DNA of 64,000 bases from an uncultured Bacilli bacterium (lineage in GTDB: Bacteria; Bacillota_I; Bacilli_A; RF39; UBA660), in the NCBI GenBank assembly GCA_934131175.1, contig CAKOZD010000002.1, positions 66,403-130,402 on the forward strand, written 5' to 3'. This document shows positions 58,444-64,000 of the stretch, piece by piece; the stretch's first letter is position 1; each line of letters opens with the position of its first letter. The notes below the pieces were generated by a model, which saw only the letters and a program-made list of their open reading frames with translations, did not search any database and was not told where the DNA came from. The position numbers were made by a program, and so were the translations under genes.

Positions 58444-58941
58444 ATGAAATATTTAATAAGGAAAAGTAGTAGAGAAGATTGTAAAGATATTGCTCATTTA
58501 ATTACTATTATTTGGAATGAAACTTATAGAGGTATAGTTAGTGATAATTTTTTAAATAAATTATACGAAAATGAAGATGAAAGAAGTAATAATTTATATG
58601 AAGAATTTAATGATAGTCATATGTTAGTTCTAGTTATTAATGGTAGAATAGTTGGATTTGTAAATGTTGGAGAGTCTTCTGATGAAAATTATGATAAATG
58701 TGGTGAGCTATATGCTTTATATGTACTTAGTAAATATCATGGCCAAGGTTATGGGAAGAAACTATTTTTAGCAGGTGTAGATGAATTAAAAAATATGGGA
58801 TATAGCAAAATGTTAATAGGATGTCTTGATGGTAATTTGAGTAATAGTTTTTATAAACATATGGGTGGAATATATGTTAAGACTCGTCTTTTTGAAAAAT
58901 TGCAGTTACCTGAAAATGTATATTATTTTGAAAATATCTAA
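58444..58941 (+). CDS. GNAT-family N-acetyltransferase
   Basis: LYVLSKYHGQGYGKKLFLAG motif A (Q/R-x-x-G-x-G/A). 165 aa. Confidence 0.6.
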   Translation: MKYLIRKSSREDCKDIAHLITIIWNETYRGIVSDNFLNKLYENEDERSNNLYEEFNDSHMLVLVINGRIVGFVNVGESSDENYDKCGELYALYVLSKYHGQGYGKKLFLAGVDELKNMGYSKMLIGCLDGNLSNSFYKHMGGIYVKTRLFEKLQLPENVYYFENI

Positions 58942-59084
58942 ACTTATAATTGCATTGCTAAAAAGTTTAATAATAGATAGAATTTTTTAGTGTTATGTAG
59001 ATAGATTAAATATTTTTAACTCTATCTTTTTATTTTTGATAAAATATGATAATATATTAAAGCAAGAAAAAGGGGGAATATGCT

Positions 59085-60281
59085 ATGCCATTAGATAGAA
59101 ATTGGAAACGCAAGAGACAAGTTGAACTTCAAAAGAAATTTATATGTACCGCTTTAGCACTTATTGTAACAAGTGAATCATATCTTCCTTTTATTGAGAA
59201 AAAAATTATAAGTAAAGATAGTTATGCTACTTATATGACTAATAAATTAAAAAATCAGATAAAACATTCTTCTAAATTAAATGATGATGAGAAAGATATT
59301 TTATTAAATGATGAACTATTACATGACGTATGTTTATCTTATTATGATACTTATATGGAAATAGAAATTCCAAAACGTTTTAAGAATTTGGATATAAAAA
59401 CTTTTTCAGATAGTGATTTAGAAAATGAATACTTAGAAAATAGTACAGGTTATTATACACTTGGAAGTCCTGGTACTTTACATGTTAGAGACTATGAAGA
59501 AGATAAGTCTAATCCGTATGAGTTTTTAAAAGTTATTTCTCATGAATATGCTCATTTATTACAAAGCCCTTCAAAATATGTTTATATAAAAGAAAGTGCT
59601 GCAGAGATAATGAGTAGTGAGTATTACAATATTGATATTAGTGGTTATAATAATGAATGCATAGTTTTAAAAATTCTTATGGAAATAATAGGTTCAGAAC
59701 CAATTTGGGAAGCAACTATTATTGGTAATGATTCTAAATTAGAAAAAAACATTAAAGAATTATTAACAGAGGAAGATGCTAATAAATTATTAGATTTATT
59801 TAAGAAGACTCCATCTGAATTTAAGGATGGTGAGGAAGAGGCTGCTAATAGTGAGATATATAAATATTTAAGACAAATGTATTACAATAAGAATAATAGT
59901 GAGATGTTTGCAGATCAATTGATATGTAGTATTTATCTAGGACAAGATAAGAATCGTCTATATTTTGATACTGATAGAAGAACTGATCCCGATAAATATG
60001 AAATATATACAATTTCATTGGAAGATGCGCTTAGTGAAGGAATAATTGAAGAACACTATTATGAAGTATATTCAGATGAGGATACTAATGAGAAATATAA
60101 GATAAGTATTAGTGAAGATGAAGTGTATGATAAAATACTTGATGGTAAGATAGTTGTATATGATGCGGATTCTTTAGTTGATGGTATTAATGTTGTTTTC
60201 GCATCAAAGCAAAGTGTAATTCTTGAGGAAGATACTAGTAAAACTTCAAAAGAACAAGAAAAAAGATTAATTAAAAATTAG
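59085..60281 (+). CDS. membrane-anchored hypothetical protein with an HExxH zinc-metallopeptidase motif
   Basis: VISHEYAHLLQ at about residue 160. N-terminal TM (FICTALALIVT). Confidence 0.4.
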   Translation: MPLDRNWKRKRQVELQKKFICTALALIVTSESYLPFIEKKIISKDSYATYMTNKLKNQIKHSSKLNDDEKDILLNDELLHDVCLSYYDTYMEIEIPKRFKNLDIKTFSDSDLENEYLENSTGYYTLGSPGTLHVRDYEEDKSNPYEFLKVISHEYAHLLQSPSKYVYIKESAAEIMSSEYYNIDISGYNNECIVLKILMEIIGSEPIWEATIIGNDSKLEKNIKELLTEEDANKLLDLFKKTPSEFKDGEEEAANSEIYKYLRQMYYNKNNSEMFADQLICSIYLGQDKNRLYFDTDRRTDPDKYEIYTISLEDALSEGIIEEHYYEVYSDEDTNEKYKISISEDEVYDKILDGKIVVYDADSLVDGINVVFASKQSVILEEDTSKTSKEQEKRLIKN

Positions 60282-60398
60282 AAAATATTTCATTAAACTT
60301 TATTGTATATGTATTGTAAGTTTTGGACTATCTAAAGTTATTTAATTTATGATATAATAAATGCGATTATTTTCTTATAAATTTAGAGGAGTGATAAT

Positions 60399-61280
60399 AT
60401 GGCTAAAACTGATAATGTAAAAGGTTATAATGATAATAAAAAGATTAACTGGTATCCAGGTCATATGGCAAAAACTAAGAGAGAGATAAGTGAAAAATTA
60501 AATTTAATAGATATAGTATATGAAGTTATTGATGCTAGAATGCCTTTATCTTCTAAGATAGTTGATATTGAAGAATTAATTAAAGATAAGCCTCGTGTTT
60601 TAGTTGTTACTAAGTATGATTTATGTGATAAAGAAGAAACAGATAAAATATTAGATTCTTATAAAAATAATGGTTATAATGTTTTACCTGTTGATTTAAT
60701 GAATGGAAATGTTAACTCTTTAATTAGTCTTACTAACAGTTTAATGAAACCAATTAATGATGCTAGAATTAGTAAAGGAATGAAGCCAAGAGCTGCACGA
60801 GCATTAATTGTAGGTGTTCCTAATGTTGGCAAAAGTACTTTAATAAATAGATTAGTTGGTAAAAAGTCAGCTGGTGTTGGTAATACTCCAGGATTTACTA
60901 AAAGTCTTAGTTGGATTAGAGTTAATAAAGATATAGAGTTACTTGATTCTCCAGGTATTTTATGGCCTAAAATGGCAGATCAAGAAGGGGCTCATATATT
61001 AGCAGCTTTATCTTCAATAAAAGAAGACATCCTAAATAATGATGACATTGCATGCTTTATATTGAAAAAATTATATGAACTATATCCAGAAAAGTTGAAT
61101 GAAAGATATGGAATAACTGAACTTGATGAAGATTTTATTGAAGCCTATGATATGATTGCGGCAAAAAGAGGTGCACTATCAAGAGGTGGGGTAGCTGACT
61201 ATGAAAAAGTTTCTAATATTATAATTAGAGATTTAAAAAATGGCTATTTTGGACCTATAACTTTTGATAGATTAAAATGA
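60399..61280 (+). CDS. rbgA: ribosome biogenesis GTPase A (YlqF/RbgA)
   Basis: Circularly permuted GTPase: G4 VTKYDL precedes G1 GVPNVGKSTLINRL. WYPGHMAK N-terminus. Confidence 0.8.
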   Translation: MAKTDNVKGYNDNKKINWYPGHMAKTKREISEKLNLIDIVYEVIDARMPLSSKIVDIEELIKDKPRVLVVTKYDLCDKEETDKILDSYKNNGYNVLPVDLMNGNVNSLISLTNSLMKPINDARISKGMKPRAARALIVGVPNVGKSTLINRLVGKKSAGVGNTPGFTKSLSWIRVNKDIELLDSPGILWPKMADQEGAHILAALSSIKEDILNNDDIACFILKKLYELYPEKLNERYGITELDEDFIEAYDMIAAKRGALSRGGVADYEKVSNIIIRDLKNGYFGPITFDRLK

Positions 61281-62065
61281 TTAGTGTTTATGAGTGTCTT
61301 ACGGATGATACAAAAATTTATCTTACAAAAGATTACAATTATCGTAGAAGTTTTTTTAAAAGAAAAGATAATGAATTATATATAAAAGAATTTAATCATG
61401 CTGAGTTTATTGGGGAACAATTATGTTTAATAAAAAATATTAAATGTGCTCATTACTTTTTAGTAGGACTTGGTTTATTTAATCTTAATTATTCTGAAAA
61501 GTATGGTAATATATCTGATAAGAATTATCAAATTAAGTTGGCATCATATAACTTTAAAGAAGATGATAAAAAATATTTTATTTTAAATGGATGTAATATA
61601 ACTTCTGAAAATAGTAAATTAGATGAAGTACTTAATCTTGCTGTTGATGATTCAAATAGAGAAGAATTAATAAATGAAATAATCAATATGTTTTCTTTAG
61701 ATATTTTTATGGGGCAACAAGATAGGTTTTATAATAATATAATGTTTGAAATAAGAAAAGATGGAAGTGTTCATTTAGCACCTTTGTATGATTTTGAGGT
61801 ATCTTTGAAAAATTCTTATTTAGACCCTAAATATGTTTATAAGAATGATTTAATTTCATTTAAGTCTGTTAGTGACTTAAAAAAGTTTATTTCTATGTAT
61901 CCAAATTTTAAAGATGAGTTAGAAAGTTACTTGGATATTAATTTAGTAAGAAATGCTAAATATGCATACGAATTAAGAGATTTAAATTTACCTAGAGATA
62001 TTTTAAATTATTTAGATGAGTTTCAAACTGATAGAAAAAAACTTATTAAAAAAATTATTAATTAA
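61277..62065 (+). CDS. hypothetical protein with PI3/4-kinase-like or HipA-like catalytic-loop remnant
   Basis: FMGQQDRFYNNIMF aligns with the PI3K catalytic loop GIGDRHxDNIM, with His replaced by Phe. It is followed by HLAPLYDFEVS, an HIDFG-like segment. Inserted between rbgA and rnhB. Confidence 0.35.
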   Translation: MISVYECLTDDTKIYLTKDYNYRRSFFKRKDNELYIKEFNHAEFIGEQLCLIKNIKCAHYFLVGLGLFNLNYSEKYGNISDKNYQIKLASYNFKEDDKKYFILNGCNITSENSKLDEVLNLAVDDSNREELINEIINMFSLDIFMGQQDRFYNNIMFEIRKDGSVHLAPLYDFEVSLKNSYLDPKYVYKNDLISFKSVSDLKKFISMYPNFKDELESYLDINLVRNAKYAYELRDLNLPRDILNYLDEFQTDRKKLIKKIIN

Positions 62066-62124
62066 GAGAGTAAAATAAATTATTTTATTCTTTTTTTGTG
62101 TTATACTCTTAGGTGGTGAAGGAT

Positions 62125-63129
62125 ATGAAAAAAAAAGATATTTTAGAAAGATTAGAGAATTTTTCTTTAGATAAAGATAAATATATTATTGTTGGAGGTG
62201 CTTCTCTTGTTTTAAATGGAGTAAAAAGAGATTGTTCTAATATTGATATATGTTGTAGTGTTGATACTTTTAATTCTATTAAAGATAATTTTTTATTAGA
62301 AAAGAGTATTTTTAATACTGATATAAAAATAGATAATGATATTATTGTTGGATGTGATTTTTTTGATTTAGATAAGGTTGTTTTAGTTGATGGATATAAG
62401 GTTGCTAATTTAGAGGCTACTCTTTTATTAAGAATTAAAGAAAATAGAGAAGAAGATAAGAAACTTATTAAGAAAATTCAATTAATAATAGATTCATCTG
62501 ATAATTATAAATATGAAAGAGAACTTATAGAAAAAGGGGTTAACTTTATTGCAGGAGTTGATGAAGTTGGTCGTGGTCCTTTGATTGGACCTGTTGTTAC
62601 TGCCTGTGTTGTTCTTCCTCATGAATTTAGTTTAGATGGACTTACTGATAGTAAAAAACTTAATGAAAAGAAAAGAGATTACTTTTATGAAGAGATAAAA
62701 AAACAAGCTCTTGGTATTGGAATTGGGATGTGTTCTGCTGAAGAGATTGATAAATATAATATATATGAGGCTACTAAGATAGCAATGAAAAGAGCAATTG
62801 AAGATTGTTCTAAGAAGTGTAAGATAGAACATATTTTGATAGATGCGATGAAGCTTGATTTGGATATTCCTACAACTTCAATAATAAAAGGTGATTTAAA
62901 AAGTATTACAATAAGTGCTGCTAGTGTTATTGCTAAAGTTACAAGAGATGAGATGTTATATGAATTAGATAAAAAGTATCCAATGTATGGTTTTAGAGAA
63001 AATGTTGGGTATCCTACAAAGAAGCATATGGAAGCAATAGAGGAGTATGGAATACTTAAAGAACATAGAAAGTCATTTGGACCAGTAAAAGATTATATTT
63101 TACGTCATGGTGATAAAACAATTGATTAA
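62125..63129 (+). CDS. rnhB: ribonuclease HII with an about 135-aa N-terminal extension (nucleotidyltransferase-fold-like)
   Basis: C-terminal 200 aa carry [15 protein letters not shown]...LTDSKKL...AASVIAK RNase HII motifs. The N-terminal [24 protein letters not shown] resembles the hG[GS]...D.D minimal NTase motif. Confidence 0.7.
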   Translation: MKKKDILERLENFSLDKDKYIIVGGASLVLNGVKRDCSNIDICCSVDTFNSIKDNFLLEKSIFNTDIKIDNDIIVGCDFFDLDKVVLVDGYKVANLEATLLLRIKENREEDKKLIKKIQLIIDSSDNYKYERELIEKGVNFIAGVDEVGRGPLIGPVVTACVVLPHEFSLDGLTDSKKLNEKKRDYFYEEIKKQALGIGIGMCSAEEIDKYNIYEATKIAMKRAIEDCSKKCKIEHILIDAMKLDLDIPTTSIIKGDLKSITISAASVIAKVTRDEMLYELDKKYPMYGFRENVGYPTKKHMEAIEEYGILKEHRKSFGPVKDYILRHGDKTID

Positions 63130-63239
63130 TTTTTAATATTTTTGTAAATAAATGAAATATTTTAATATAATATAAGTGTAAGAGTTGACAAAAAAATAAT
63201 TTATATTGTATAAGTTAATAAGTAACTGGAGGGATAATA

Positions 63240-64000
63240 TGGCAAAGAATTTAGTTATAGTGGAAAGTCCTAGTAAAAGTAAGACAATTGAAAAATATTT
63301 AGGTAGTGACTATAAAGTTGTATCTTCTAAAGGACATATTCGTGATTTAGCAACTTCAGGACAATATGGTCTTGGTGTTGATATTGAAAATGGATTTAAG
63401 CCTAGTTATGTTGCTATTAAAGGAAAAGGTAATGTAATTAAAGAGTTAAAAAAAGATGTAAAATCATCAGATATGGTTTATTTAGCAAGCGACCCTGATC
63501 GTGAGGGAGAAGCTATTGCTTGGCATTTGAAAGATGCTTTAGGAATAAAAGATGATAATTATAAGAGAGTTTTATTTAATGAGATTACTCATGATAAAGT
63601 ACTTGATGCGATAAATCATCCTACTGTAATTGATGAGAATTTAGTTAAGAGTCAAGAAACTCGTAGAATACTAGATAGAATTATAGGATTTAGACTTTCA
63701 AAATTATTACAAAGTAAGATTGGGGCTAAAAGTGCTGGTCGTGTACAAAGTGTTGCGTTAAAATTAATTGTTGATAGAGAACGTGAAATAGAGGCATTTA
63801 AACCGGAAGAGTATTGGACAATTACAGCAATTTTTAAAGATTATGAGGCAGAACTTTTTAAATATAAAAAAGATGATATAGAGCTTCATAGTGAGAGTGA
63901 GGCTAATGCTGTTTTAGATAAATTGTCTGATAAATATGTTGTTGAGTCAATTGAAAAGAAAGCAAAGGCTCGTAAGAGTAAGGCTCCATTTATTACATCG
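63240..64000 (+). CDS. topA: DNA topoisomerase I, N-terminal part (3' end lies outside the window)
   Basis: MAKNLVIVESPSKSKTIEKYLG (TOPRIM), DPDREGEAIAWHL, and the topo IA core onward. Confidence 0.8.

Noticed and set aside
62632-62832. 66-aa - strand ORF inside rnhB
   Set aside because: Antisense to the RNase HII catalytic core.

Overview
This 64 kb window is AT-rich (I estimate under 30% GC by eye) and looks like a low-GC Firmicutes chromosome. It opens with a 12-tRNA array driven by a consensus sigma-70-like promoter. Most of the rest is housekeeping translation/ribosome genes on the + strand, in several segments: a Gly T-box leader, a LOG-family gene and glyQS; the infC-rpmI-rplT operon with an L20-type leader; rpsB-tsf-[inserted genes]-frr-folD; a Phe T-box leader and pheST; rimM-trmD; rplS-lepB; and rbgA-[inserted gene]-rnhB-topA. 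The lepB and rbgA segments are separated by about 29 kb of accessory-looking genes. That block holds a UDG-like protein, GNAT/ASCH genes, an ABC-F, three paralogous signal-anchored proteins, a BceRS/BceAB-like peptide-resistance module, NUDIX and HAD genes, and a radical SAM gene. The most unusual locus lies at about 49.6-57.7 kb. It contains a radical SAM enzyme with a non-canonical Cys spacing, and a 684-aa protein with a type IV prepilin N-terminus fused to BspA-type leucine-rich repeats. It also has a second prepilin-like protein and a Gly/Ala/Ser-rich protein resembling the linker region of T7SS LXG polymorphic toxins. A DUF4176-like small protein and several small lipoprotein/membrane/acidic proteins that look like immunity proteins complete it. 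No cognate pilus or T7SS machinery is in the window. Other notable items are a solitary MutH/Sau3AI-fold nuclease beside the tRNA array, matching Rho_N/SAP-like C-terminal extensions on both S2 and L20, a membrane-anchored serpin, and a tsf-frr interval that lacks pyrH. No CRISPR array, rRNA gene, integrase or transposase was recognised.
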